Origin: Phaeosaccion multiseriatum
Taxonomy: Eukaryota; Protista; Ochrophyta, other classes
Reading direction: 5' to 3'
Assembly (NCBI GenBank): GCA_965112735.1
Contig: OZ218958.1
Location: 930,001 to 994,000, forward strand
Length of the DNA: 64,000 nt
Below the pieces are notes generated by a model, which was not told where the DNA came from, ran no database searches, and was given only the letters and a program-made list of their open reading frames with translations. Below, piece by piece: positions 35,747-47,403 of the stretch (the stretch's first letter is position 1; the number at the start of each line of letters is the position of its first letter). The translations under genes and the position numbers were made by a program.

Positions 35747-37842
35747 AGAGAGAGAGAGAGGAGGGGGGGAGAGAGGGGAGAGAGGGGAGAGAGGGGAGAG
35801 GGAGAAGAGGGGGGAGAAGGGGAGAGAGGACAGGGGGAAAGGGTCGTGCGTGGTAAAAGACAGGTGCAAGAGGCGGAAAGGGCGTGAGTGGCGCCCCACT
35901 TCCACTTCATTCTGTCTTTCCGCTTCAACGCCCCCCCAAAAACTAAAATGCAAAACACCCAAAAGAAAAGAGAAACGAAGTGGTGTGCGAACCCTCCCAG
36001 CGTCTTCCAACCCAAGACGCACACGCACCGCAAGGGCCATGCCCAGAGCCACAGTGCCCAGCGAAGTCTCCATTTTGATGCCCTCTCTCTCCTCTGCAGC
36101 ACCAGCAGCTAGTGATAATGATGATGTAGCAGTTGGTGATACAGGGCCATCTTGTTGCTGTGAATGTTGTTGTGGCTGTTGTTGTGGTTTCTCGTTCCTT
36201 CCCAGCCAGCTAACGAGTGGGAAGTAAAGCAGCCCCATGACGTTATCCACCGCAAGAGATACAGTAAGGAGCTCCGGTCGCATTTTGAGTGTGTCGGCAA
36301 CCGCAACAAAGTTCAGACCCTGATCCATTCATTCATTTGCATGGGGTAGAGGAATATGGGCACGGGATGGAGGAGTATGGGCACCAAAACGGGGTATGGG
36401 GTGAGTTGTATGCAGGTACAATGAATCGAATACACTGTGGATACATTGTTAGGTACTGTCCATGACCATGGGCTGAGAGAAGCAGAGCAGAGAGGTAGGC
36501 AGAGACGGGATGGAGAGACTCTGGACACTACAGGGGGGTTTCAAACTACCTACCTCGCTCACTCACGCACACACCCACTTACTCACCCACTCACTCACTC
36601 ACTCACTCACTCACTCATCCACTCACTCTCTCACTCACTCACTCACTCACTCACTGCATTGTCTTCCCTCCCTCCCTCCCTCACTGCGTTCTCCTTTCCC
36701 TTCCTTCTCTCTCCCCCTCTCACTCACCCCACCCCTCCCTCCTCCCTCTCTCCCTCTCACTCACCCCCTCCCTCCCTCCTCCCTCTCCCCTCTCACTCAC
36801 CCCACCGATGTTCTTGGCTGTAAGCGCCGACAATGCCGCCCATGTGTCCGGAGATGCCCCCAGGGGAGTGGAGGCAGCCATTGTTGAAGCAAGGAACGGA
36901 CTCAGTACGCCAACAGCGAGCACCGCACCGCAGACGGTGCCCACAGCGGCGACGCAGAAGGCAGAGAGAAGCCTACCTGTGTCCTTCCAGATGGAGCGTA
37001 AGTTTGCCTGATGGGTACAGGAAACAGGTGCAAGCAAAGTAGTTGTGAATTTCAAGTGTTTGGTTTTGTGCCACGGAGCTTAGATAGAGAAGTGGGTAGA
37101 CGAGTAACATACACACAACACACACATACACACATACACACACACACGACGGGCCAAATTTGAGCGTCGAAGCATGGATAGCACGAGCGAAGAGCGATAT
37201 AATACTGTCCCAAGTATGAACCTGTAAGAGCAGCAAGGGGGTGGCCAGTTCCACCACGAAGGACTGGAGAGCGCCAAGAGAAGAGGGCGCATCGACAGGA
37301 AGAATTCCCACGTTGACCCTTGCGCCGATGGGGGGCAAAACGCAAAAGGCAGAAGGCACGGGCAAAGGGGAAGGGCAAGGGCAAGGGCAAGGCAGCATTG
37401 GAGACGATAAGGGTGGGGATCCATTACATCGGGACTTCACGTTCAATTGCATCACGCAAGCTTACATGAGGGCCGCTACGAGCATGGAGGACACGGCTCC
37501 CGACAGAGCTCTCCCCACTTTTGTCGTCCTCTGAAGTCGCATGCCAAGTGCTGCGGTGCCCATCACGACACTGTAGAGCTGCCATTGCTCTTCGGGACCG
37601 ATCAGAGCCATGCGAAGCGGTGCCACTCGCTTTTGATGCTCCCCTTGGCCTACAGGACAGCGTTTACGGCGGCCAAGTCGCCACTCTGGTACATTTCTCC
37701 TCCTATTCCCCTCCCCTCTTAGTAAAGGCAAGTGCTTGCCACGCACTCCCTGCTGAAAGGCTGCAGCACGGAGGCAAGCATCCCTGCAAATAAGTAGTCC
37801 CAGCGAGAGAAGCATCTTCCGTTGCCGTCCATTAGGATGCAT
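34362..37842 (-). CDS. DUF819-family membrane protein, probably plastid-targeted, multi-exon
   Basis: Motifs LLLLQ|ANLRSIWKDTGRLLSAF, ALTAKNIGG|GLNFVAVA, AVDNVMGLLYF, YMFFAGVGA and VASNASIG|NPATASALAAAQGWSRLVAPALLVGTLGNAVGT. The N-terminus MLLSLGLLICRDACLRAAAFQQ is a signal peptide plus AF motif. Confidence 0.85.
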
Positions 37843-37882
37843 CCCTCTTTACAAAGAGATTTAAAGAGGACTTTATTTAAAA

Positions 37883-38457
37883 CACTCGATTTGCGTAAGA
37901 ATCGCCCTAATTTCGACCAAAACGGTTTTAGCGCATTTGCAGGAAAATGACGCTGGGAGGAGCGGTATAGCTCTTCGTGTAGCTCTTTGAGATCCCCACC
38001 GATCCATGGTCTTTCGGCTTTCATCGCCTCTTCCCTTCCGTAGTTGTCAGCATTTCCGCAGCAGCACCCCCTTCCCGGCGGGGGGGGGACGGGGGATGTG
38101 CACCCCACGGAAATCGCACCAGGCTTGCCAAGGGTCCTGCTGCTGCTCCACTGTGGCTAGCCGCCGTAGCGCTGCGCCTGTTCTCTTGTAGAAAGGCGGG
38201 CAAGCTGCCCATGAGCGATTTCCGTGGCGTGCACATCCCCCTTCTCCCCCCCCGGGAAGGGGGTGCTGCTGCGGAAATGCTGACAACTACGGAAGGGAAG
38301 AGGCGATGAAAGCCGAAAGACCATGGATCGGTGGGGATCTCAAAGAGCTACACGAAGAGCTATAGCGCTCCTCCCAGCGTCATTTTCCTGCAAATGCGCA
38401 AAAACCGTTTTGGGCCGGAAATCCGGCGATTTGGGCGATTCTTACGCAAATCGAGTG
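37883..38457. mobile_element. Foldback/MITE-like element with long imperfect inverted repeats (about 245 bp per arm)
   Basis: 37883-38128 is the reverse complement of about 38199-38457 (cactcgatttgcgtaagaatcgccc ... gggcgattcttacgcaaatcgagtg), around a spacer of about 70 bp. The right flank is TTAA and the left flank is TTAAAA. Confidence 0.85.
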
Positions 38458-38793
38458 TTAATAAAGAGGGGAACTTTATTGACTTAATAGGAATCACCTA
38501 AGGCCACTTCCACAATCGCATCGATTTTCGGATCGACACCAGTTTCGATGCGATTTACGTTACAAGCTCGCGGCTACCCCTATGTTTAGGGGTATGCCGG
38601 TCATGATCTTCCCATTCAAATCCATGGCGGGGAAGTGGGAAATCTGGATGAGAAAACAGGGAGGACAGCGTCGATAGCGCACGGGAAGCACATCACTGGA
38701 TGCAGCGTGCTTAGGGCTTTAAGAATGCTCTCTGTGACCTTTCTCCTGCTCATCATCTTCAGGTGGCAAAACGCCCTCCAAGCGAAAATTGAA

Positions 38794-39288
38794 ATGGCCA
38801 CTCCGGGGCGTCCTCACCACCTCCGGTACCTGGATCGATGTACTTTCAAGCATGCAGAAACGCCCTGCGGCAAGAAGACAAGAGTGACACTGACTGTCGC
38901 ACCCAGTGGAACCAGGAAGGAGCAGAAGCGCTATGGCAGCGTGTGCTCTAAGGAGCACGTCCAGGAGACGGAGGATGAACTTCTTGCGGAACGAATGGAA
39001 CAGGCCAACATCAAGACGCCGCCGGCAAAGAGGAGCGAGATACAGCATCGGTGGGCTTCGCTGGTGAAGGGGTCCAAGTATTACTCTCCCAAGGGTGTAT
39101 CAGAGTCCGCAGCGAAGAAGAGGAAGCTCCGAGACGGCGATTGGGGGGAGGAGGGTCCAGCTGAGGATACGGCCGGCATGCTCTTCACAGAGGCCGCAAG
39201 AAAAGCAGAGAAGCTGCGGAGGCGAGGGAGAGGCAAGAGGCAGCAAGCAAGAAAGCAGAGGGTCTTGCGGAGAAGCGCACAGCCCTAG
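38794..39288 (+). CDS. Basic N-terminal ORF/exon inside the transposon (NLS-like AAKKRK)
   Basis: Starts at ATG 38794 within ORF 38635-39288. It may be the first exon of the transposase, but no donor site was identified. Confidence 0.4.
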   Translation: MATPGRPHHLRYLDRCTFKHAETPCGKKTRVTLTVAPSGTRKEQKRYGSVCSKEHVQETEDELLAERMEQANIKTPPAKRSEIQHRWASLVKGSKYYSPKGVSESAAKKRKLRDGDWGEEGPAEDTAGMLFTEAARKAEKLRRRGRGKRQQARKQRVLRRSAQP

Positions 39289-39383
39289 AAACGGCGAGGC
39301 CGAGATGCAGCCTCAGAAGCGGAGCAGGGGCCGGGTGACGCAGCAGCACAGCAGCAGGAGCAAAGCCTTTCTTCTGCGACCAG

Positions 39384-41068
39384 GTGGAGTACTACGAGGG
39401 CGACGCCGAGCTTGCTGCGCTTCACTACGGGCTGTGCACCTACAAGGCGGCTTGTGTGAAGGGAGCCTGTGACGACTGCAAGCCCGGCGTGAAGGGTATC
39501 CCCCATTGTGAGTACAGCGACGGAAACTACACGCACACGGTGCAGGTGATAGAGTGGGCGCCAGTGGTGACAAAAGAAGGGAAGAAGCACGACCGGCAGA
39601 ACGTGGTTGTGGAGATGACTGTGGCCGAGCTGTCTAGGAGGGCCGAGCAGTTCCTCCGGCAGAGGTACATCCAGCATCATGTCGCGACGAAGGTGCAGAG
39701 GCTTGCTGCCGAGGTGACTCTGAAGCGACTCAAGCCCCATCAGATCATAATGGGGATGGACTTTTCGGAGAAGCATAAGCTCCGCGGTACGTCAGAGCAA
39801 GAGGGGCGCCCACTTCTCTCCCCTCCCGTCCTCCCCCCACCCTTCCTCCCTCCTCTCCCCCCCCCCCTGCTCCCTCCTTTTCCTTCCTAATGTATTCGTG
39901 TGTTTCTCTCCTGCTCTCCCTTTCATCAGGCGCGTTCTCTGTGACCTGCGGCACATGTCCGTCCGCGACGCTCATGATTTGCTACGTGCACTGCCGCCCC
40001 AGGATGTGGGGGGGGAAGCCCGTCCATGACGTGCACGCTCAGATTTTCATCTCCGACGACTCCCTTCAAGACCAAGCCTTCCATGAGCACTGCTCCAGCC
40101 TCATGCATCAGGAGTACAAGGGATACTTCAAAAATCACGGCCTCAAGCTGAAGGAGTGGATCAACGTCACTGACGGGTGCGCCAAGCAGTACAAGGGCGC
40201 AAAGAACTTCGCCTTCGTTGCCTCCTGTCTCAAGTTGTGGGGGGTGAAGATGACGCACATGTTCCACACCACCTCGCATGGTAAGGGGCCCCACGATGGG
40301 CTTGGGGGTACCATCAAGGCCATGGCATCGAGGAGGACGGACATGGGGGAGAGGGTGATGAACTCGGCGAAGGACTTTGCCGCCTTCGTGACTGAGATGT
40401 TTGACACCACCGCCCAGCCAATGTCGGACGAAGACTACTTTGGAAAGGGCTGGACACCTTTCACAGCCCGGATGACCCGTGTGAGGTTTATTGCCGCCGG
40501 CAGCATTCAGCGGGAGGACGTGAACATCAAGGGCATCCAGGGCACCCAGAGTATATACCACTACGAGGGCGATGTGGAGAAGGGTGGCTTCGTTTCGGAG
40601 GCCACGATTGGAGCGTTCCATCAAGGCCAGGACTATGATGTTGCGTACCCACTTCATGTTCGCACGATGAGCTGTAGCTGCACCCCCTGCAGCAAGGGCG
40701 AGTACGAGGACTGCTTCGCCGCGAAGAATGGGCAAGGCGACCTGTTTGGGGGGGAGCCAAAGCTTGTGTACCTGTACCAGTCTATAGTGGGAGACAAGGG
40801 CCCGCTTCTCACTCGGGCCAGTGTAGTCGCGATGAACCGGCCTACGTTGGAGTCTTGCTGCGCACGGGAAGGGATTAAGTACTCGAAAGGGACCCTCAAG
40901 CAGGGGCTGGTGCAGCTCCTGTTGGCGCGCCTTGCGTCCCGCGAAGCACCCGCGGAGCAGCCTGTGCCGCCCGTTGTAGAGCCTTCGGCACCCCCAACAC
41001 CTCCCACCACCCCTGCTGTCCTCTCTAGCCCGCCCCCGGCCGCTCCAGACACTGCTGTCATGATATAA
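39384..41068 (+). CDS. DDD transposase (Sola2-like) with C-terminal Cys cluster and SAP-like motif
   Basis: Motifs CVKGACDDC, MDFSEK, FISDD, VTDGCAKQYKG, HGKGPHDGLGGTIK, SCSCTPC and MNRPTLESCCAREGIKYSKGTLKQGLVQLL. An in-phase intron at 39787-39929 joins the two ORFs. Confidence 0.8.
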
Positions 41069-41333
41069 TTGACATAAATCTTACAGAAATTTTACTTTTA
41101 GTGCTTTTAATTGACATAAATATTACTTTTAGTGTTTTCAATATTTCTCCCAACCCCCCTTTTCTCCCTCGCCCTTCGTTTCTCGGCAGTGCTGCGAACC
41201 GGACGACAGCTCTTCTTGTAGAGGGCATCCTTGCGCAGATTCTGACCTATCACACACCTTCGTACACCTTTCTGGCCAAAAGTTACGAGCTTTGGAAGCT
41301 GGGGCAGAGCAGCGATTGTGGAAGTGGCCCTAA

Positions 41334-41349
41334 GAAACTGAAAGTGTGA

Positions 41350-41433
<84 letters not shown>

Positions 41434-41830
41434 GTGTCGCTGTGTCTCCGGGGCCCTCGAGGGGCCGGTTACTCCCCCTCTAGGGCGGGGAGGGGGAGTG
41501 CGGGACCGGCTCCGCGGTTGAGCCGACCCAGGAAGGCGCGCTCCCGCTCCGAGAGCCACATCTGGTGGCTGCAGCTGACGAGGCGGCGTAGTCGTGTCAG
41601 GACGTGGCCCTTGGTGGTGGAGGAGCCCGTGCGGCCAGTGCGGGTGACCACGTGCTCGGCGAGTGCGTGCAGGAGCGATTGCGCCTGTGCGCCGAGTCGG
41701 CCGTGGGTCTCGATGGCGAAGGTGGAGAGGCGAACACGCTCTCGGTCGTAGGTGCCCCTGTAGTGTCGCTCCTTGCGGGTCTCGCTGTTGGCGGCTGCCG
41801 CTCCCGGTCTAATGTCCGTGAAATAAGAGG
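41334..41830 (-). mobile_element. 3' part of RLE-type (CRE-like) non-LTR retrotransposon (copy B); its terminal segment is displaced to 38466-38501 by the DNA transposon
   Basis: The ORF AAAANSETRKERHY...STFAIETHGRLGAQAQSLL resembles the C-terminus of restriction-like endonucleases. It is followed by (CA)n and then the shared 3' terminus. Confidence 0.7.
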
Positions 41831-42544
41831 GAGACGAGGAGACGCGTGTTGTACATTCAACTTGATTACTTACAGTTGGCGCGGACCGTTCTATGTTTTC
41901 TTCCCCCTTCTTAGCTAAAAGCTCAGGTATAGCATTGGCGCTCTGCCCTACCTGCGGCCGAAAGCAATAAGCCATCCCCCCCCTTAGCTTTCTTTTCCTT
42001 TTTCCTGTCCTCTAGAATTTTCTTCCTCTTTAAAGTTGCGTTAGATCTTGCCCACAGGGCTTTGCCAGAATCCGCTGGGAGGGGATCCAAGGGGGATCGT
42101 GGACGCAGCGGGGGGCAGCGCTGTGCCTCACTCCCAGCCCAGTACGGGAGGAGAAGGAAGGAAGGAAGGGGTTGGGGAGCGGTTTAGGAGGGGCGGGGGT
42201 GGGCTGTTTGCAAATATTCATTCTTCTACTCAGCAACTTTACCTGGAGTGAAGGTGACGATGTCGGGGAGGAAGCCCACACCCCAGCTCTTCATGTCCTC
42301 CGCAGCTCCCGACCATGTGCTCAGATCAGAAACGTATCTCAATGTACCCCTGGTCGACCAGCTGTCACCGGGGGGCTGGCACTGGAGAGCCACAACGAGG
42401 GCCCCGTCGCTGGGCTCTTCGATCACAGCGGGAAGGGGGGGGAGAGGGGTCCAAGAAACAAGCAGAACAAAAAAAAAGGAAGAAAAAAGGGGGGACGGCT
42501 TAGCAGCAACAGCAGCAGCAGGAGCGATGGCTGCGACGCCCACA

Positions 42545-42725
42545 AAAGGCCACCAGAATACCGAATCCGCCCTCCAGAGGCCACCACAATCCGGAATCCG
42601 CCCTCCAGAGGCCATGAGAATCCGGAACCCGCAGATAAAAAGGCCACCAGAATGCGGAATCCGCCCTCCAGAGGCTACCACAATCCGGAATCCGCCCTGC
42701 AGAGGCCATCAGAATCCGGAATCCA
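42545..42725. repeat. Minisatellite, about 6 imperfect copies of a unit of about 30 bp (gaatccgccctccagaggccaccacaatccg)
   Basis: Directly visible. Confidence 0.85.
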
Positions 42726-43149
42726 GAAAATTGTTAGGGGCCGACAGGGAATGGACCAGGACGAGAGCCGGAGTGGGGGAGGAGCGAATGGAGGCGTAAC
42801 ACTTGGCAACGACGCATCCATTCGACTCTCGCGTGCATCGGGTACAATCGCTCCAGCGGCGTCAGCAGGGTCGCTGCGCTAATTCAATGGGGGGGGCGGG
42901 GGGTCGCCTCGACACAGCATGTCGTCAAGCAGAGGAGAGAGAGCGCGACGGGTTTGCAGCAAGGCTGGAGAGGAGCACCAGGAGGCGAACAAACCAGAGG
43001 CTCTGAGGAGGGTGACGTCGATGCTGTAGCGGGCAGAAGCGTTGGCGAAAGCGGGGGTGCTGAGGATGTGGAGGACAGCAGCGCAGGCGTGGAGCCCAGG
43101 AGCAGCCAGTGGCAAGGATGTAGCGGTCCATGCATGTTACGAATGGTTG

Positions 43150-44500
43150 CAGGAAAACAAAAGAACAAAACAACTGAAAGAAAGACATGGTGCTCCGTAG
43201 CTGCTTGATTACTAATCCTACTGCTTGATGCTTCCCTCCTCCTCACGTACTTAGCCCGAAGACCCAGTGGCTGAGATTGCGCCTCAAGTAAGGCACCACC
43301 CAAAAGACGATGAGGATGACCACAAAAATTTCCGATTCGGCCTGCGATTTTCCCGCCCATCTTCTTGAGATTCTCCAGAGCAGCAGTGGCGTCCGCGACT
43401 TTTCGCTTCGTGTCCACCCCTTGTTGGTCTTGCTGCGGCGGCGGCACCGTCTTGCGGTGGTCGCGGCCACATCCGATGATGTTTTGCAATGGTCTGACGG
43501 CAGCAAGGTTGGAAGCCAGGTCTCGCTCGTATCATTGCCGAGATCAGCGTCGCAATCTCGCTCGTATCATTGCCGAGATCAGCGTCGCAACAGGCATATG
43601 CTCGCGGCTTGGGCAGTCATGATTACCGCAGAGGCACAAGCCGAGCGGAAAGCCGACACTGACAACAGCGGTCATTGCCCCAACAACCGCAGACACCAGC
43701 AGTCGACTGCAAGGGGGGTCTTGCTCCAGCCCCCGCAAGCCACCTCTATCACACGAATCCCAAAGATGGGAACCAAGAAGCCGAGAAATACGCACAGCTC
43801 GAGACCATGCACCCTGGCTATGGTCATACTTTCGCCCAACACGGAGAGCGACGCCTTGCTTGTTTGACCTGAGGGAGGGCATCGCCAGGGAGAGATCGAC
43901 ACGGGATCGAGGGAAGGAGGGGGGCAGGATGAGCGGCGGACGATGGGATGAGGAGGGGAGCGACGATGTTGCCTTGGTCCATCAGCCAGTCACAGGCCAA
44001 AAGAGGAGTACTCTAAGCTCTGAGCCGAAGGCAGCAATCAACAGAGCAAGAAACTCGTTTCTGCTTCAACCCTCCTCCTTGTTTCCCTCGCTGCTCTTCC
44101 TCTGGACCACACCTCCTCTGGCGCTCTGTGCGGCTTCTCGGTTTCCACCTACCTTATACCCGTACAGGGACAGCCGCACACCCGCCAGGATCGAGGTATG
44201 CAGTGGCGTGGACATCAGCAACCTAGGTTATCTTGAACGCACCCCCCACCAGACCTCAGGAGGGGCGCGGAAGACTCTGGCGCTGCCGCAAAGACCGCAC
44301 ACGTTTGGTAGATGTGATGGTACCATGGACCCCTGTGGTATGGACCTGCTGCCTTTGGCTTTCTATTACGTTCCTCCTCTCTCCCTTGGCTTTTTGCTTT
44401 GCGGTGATTGGACCACAGAATCCGGACAGTGGCGAAGCTCCCGGCGGCAAGCAATCCGTTCATGACGCGGAATATGATGACGTCTCCAACGACACTGCAT
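43150..44500 (-). pseudogene. Orphan 7TM-like gene, paralog A (frameshifted, internal 35-bp duplication)
   Basis: Fragments IIFRVMNGLL...RILWSNHRKAK, LELCVFLGFLVPIFGIRVIEVACGGWSKTP, ADATAALENLK and VVPYLRRNLSHWVF lie in different frames. There is a tandem duplicate at about 43521-43590. Confidence 0.8.
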
Positions 44501-44798
44501 GATGATAGTAGATCGAGAAGTTACATGAGCCAGGAAGGTAGCCGGCAGTGCAGCCAGGCGGGAGGGAGGAGAGGGAGAGAGAGAGGTGGCTCTCTCCTCA
44601 GCAAAGAAAAGTAAAAGTACAAAAAGTCGGTTTCAAAACAGGTGTTAGTTTCGCCTCGGCCGTTCTGGGCTCTCCTCCCCTTTCTTCCTCTGGCCTCGAT
44701 CGCCTCTCTCTCTATGGGCTGTCCTGCCCTTCCTTTTTTTTCTTCCTCTCTCGGGCCTCGCCTCTCTCTCTCTCTCTGTGTGCCTGCTCTGCGGAGCG

Positions 44799-46527
44799 AT
44801 GGAGGGGAGACTGAGGTACTACCTTCCTGCCTCTCTGTCTCTCCCCTCTCTCGCTCTGGCTGCTGGTCTCACCCCCCCCCCCTCCCGCCCTCTCTCTCTC
44901 TCGCTTTCGCTATGCCTCGCTCTCTCCGTCCCCACACTCTCGCCTCTCGCCTCTGTGCACTTCCCTGACATTCCTTCCGCTGCTTTTTCTCTCTCTTTCT
45001 TCCTGTCCCCTTTTCCTCCTCCTTCTTCTAATACGCAACTAGCATTGGAGACGGCATCCAATTCCGCATCGTCAATGGGGCTAACGCAACCCTGAGCTTC
45101 TTGGCTTTCGTGAAAGCTGTTCGGATTCTGTGGTTCCATCACCGCAGAGCCATGGCGACAAAGCACGGTGCTGAAGGGGACCATCTGCAACGTAGCATAG
45201 GCGTCCCAACGAGTACCGCAAAGTCTCGGGCGCTCGTGAGCCTTCAGCACCCTCTCTTGAGATTGTGGCGTGGTTCGTTCAAGATTCACGTGGTGGAAGG
45301 TGTGTCTGTAATGTCCACGCCACTGCACGCATCCATGCTAGCAGCACTGCGCGCATCGCTTTACGGATTCAAGGCAGGAAAGTGAGAGAGGGGGAGGGAG
45401 CCAGTACGAGAGTCGAATGAGTCGAAGGAGCGAGAGACGGCTCCACAGAGCCCCAGAGCGAGGCGTGGTGGGTCCAGAGGCGGAACAGAGAGGGAGGGGG
45501 AGGACCGAAGTACACCTCCTAGCCCACACCGGTGAAACGGGTGTATATCATACATCATCAAGTTTCCTAGTTGCTCTGCTGATTGCTGCCTTCGGCTCAG
45601 AGCTTAGAGTACTCCTCTTTTGGCCTGTGACTGGCGGATGGGCCAAGGCAACATCGTGTCTCCCCTCCTCATCCCATCGTCCGCCTCTCATCCTGCTCCC
45701 CTCCCTCGATCCCGTGTCGATCTCTCCCCGGCGATGCCCTCCCTTAGGTCATACGAGGCGTGTCGGTGTTGGGCGGCGCGACCATCACCATTCTACATTG
45801 TATCGAGATCACCTTCTTTCTCGGCGTCTTGGCACCCATCTTTATGACCCGTGTGGTGGAGGTGGCCTGTGGGGGCTGGAGCAATACCCCCACGTCGGCG
45901 TATGTAGTGATGGCATCAATGTCGCTCGTCTTCGCGCTCGGCACGCCCCTCGGCTTCCTTCTCTACAGGGCCGTTTCGGTCCGAGTGGGAAGGTTCGTAT
46001 GCTCAGTGGCGCTGACGGCAGCACTGACGCGAGACCTGGCCTCCACCGTCGCTGCCATGAGAGCAATGCACAAGGTCATCGAAGCCACCCACGGCCACAA
46101 CCAAAACCACCGCAAGACGACGCCGCTGCCTCCATACCAGGAGCAGCAGCAGGAGGCAGCGAGGAAACGGAGTGACATCGCCGATGCCACTCGTGCCCTG
46201 GTCAACCTCAAGATAATAGGCAGGGAAATGAAGCTACAGATCTCAGTTCTGCTCGCCGTCTTCGTCGTCTTCAACGTGGTGCCCTACTTGAGGCTCCATC
46301 AGAGCCACTGGATCTTTCTATTGGGGACGCTAGTAATGAGCATGGGCACCATTTCCCTCCTTTTCCAAGACCAGCAGATGATGAACAAGGAGAAGGAGAA
46401 GGAGAAGCAGAAGACTTTGTCAATGAGAAGTACGATTCTATGTACGACACATCGATCGGCCACCCAAGACGGTACAACGGTGACACTGCAAGCGTCGAGG
46501 CCGCTTCCCCTGTCTTCTCCGGACTGA
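44799..46527 (+). CDS. Orphan 7TM-like membrane protein, paralog B (apparently intact)
   Basis: Exons 44799-44815, 45043-45373 (GC donor) and 45748-46527 are in phase and give seven hydrophobic segments. Confidence 0.7.
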
Positions 46528-47403
46528 GTGCCCAATTACTAGTCCGCCAGTCCTGGATAGGGAGGAGGAGCCTACTCGTCGTGAGTATTACGTAAGAGTT
46601 TATGTACGCTGGTCCTGGATAGCCCGTGGCACCGCCGTCGGATGGGCCAGGCAGCGCGCGGAGTGGGGCAGCAGCAGGAGATTCGTTCGTACTGCTCTTC
46701 ACGCACAACACCAGGAGCAAACGTCGCTGTAGATGGTGGCAGAGCATTGGCAAAGCATTGACGAAAGCCGGAGCCTGCTGCTACATGCATGTGCATACAT
46801 GTACAAAGAAGCACCGAGTCGAGCCACATGGGGCGACGCCGGCGCCGCGCCCCCTTCAAGAGTGATCCGGCTTTGTAGTTCACAGACAGGAGGGGGCTGT
46901 CGTGGGTGCGCATGAATCCTAGGGCCATCAGATGCAGCGAGGGCACCGGGGGAGGCCAACTCACATCCGCGAGACCGTATGTAGCTACACGGTGGACCCT
47001 GAGAGTGAAGTTGGATTGCAGAGCAGTGGGGGGGCTAGGCCTGCGGTTACGGTTACAATCCAAGACCATGCATTGAATGGTTTTGCTTGCCGGCTTCCTG
47101 GCCTTATTCAGACGACCACGAGCTTCGGAGGCAAAAGGATGAGACGGCGCATTGCACTCACGTGACCAGCCAGTCAGGGAGGGGCTGGAACAAGCTTGGG
47201 GAAGCTCCCGCTTTGCCGTGACGTTTGCTTTTCATCGATTCTACTTGTTCGCGTCGATATGAGCGGGGCGCAAGTAAGACTCCCCGACCGATACTGCGAA
47301 TAGGCAGCAGCCTGAGCTAGCGAGTGCAGCTCCGCTTGTTACAAGTACAGTAGTCATTCTTTGCATTTATTTAAAAAAAAAAAAAATAATAACATAACTG
47401 CAG

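Larger units (their letters stand above)
38502..41329 (+). mobile_element. DNA transposon, Sola2-like, with 18-bp TIRs and 4-bp CTAA target-site duplication
   Basis: TIR GGCCACTTCCACAATCGC at 38502-38519, with its exact reverse complement at 41312-41329. CTAA at 38498-38501 and 41330-41333. An uninterrupted homologous site exists at 10191-10213. Confidence 0.9.

Noticed and set aside
37719-38286. Short ORFs within the foldback element
   Set aside because: No recognisable motifs; they are mirrored products of the inverted repeat.
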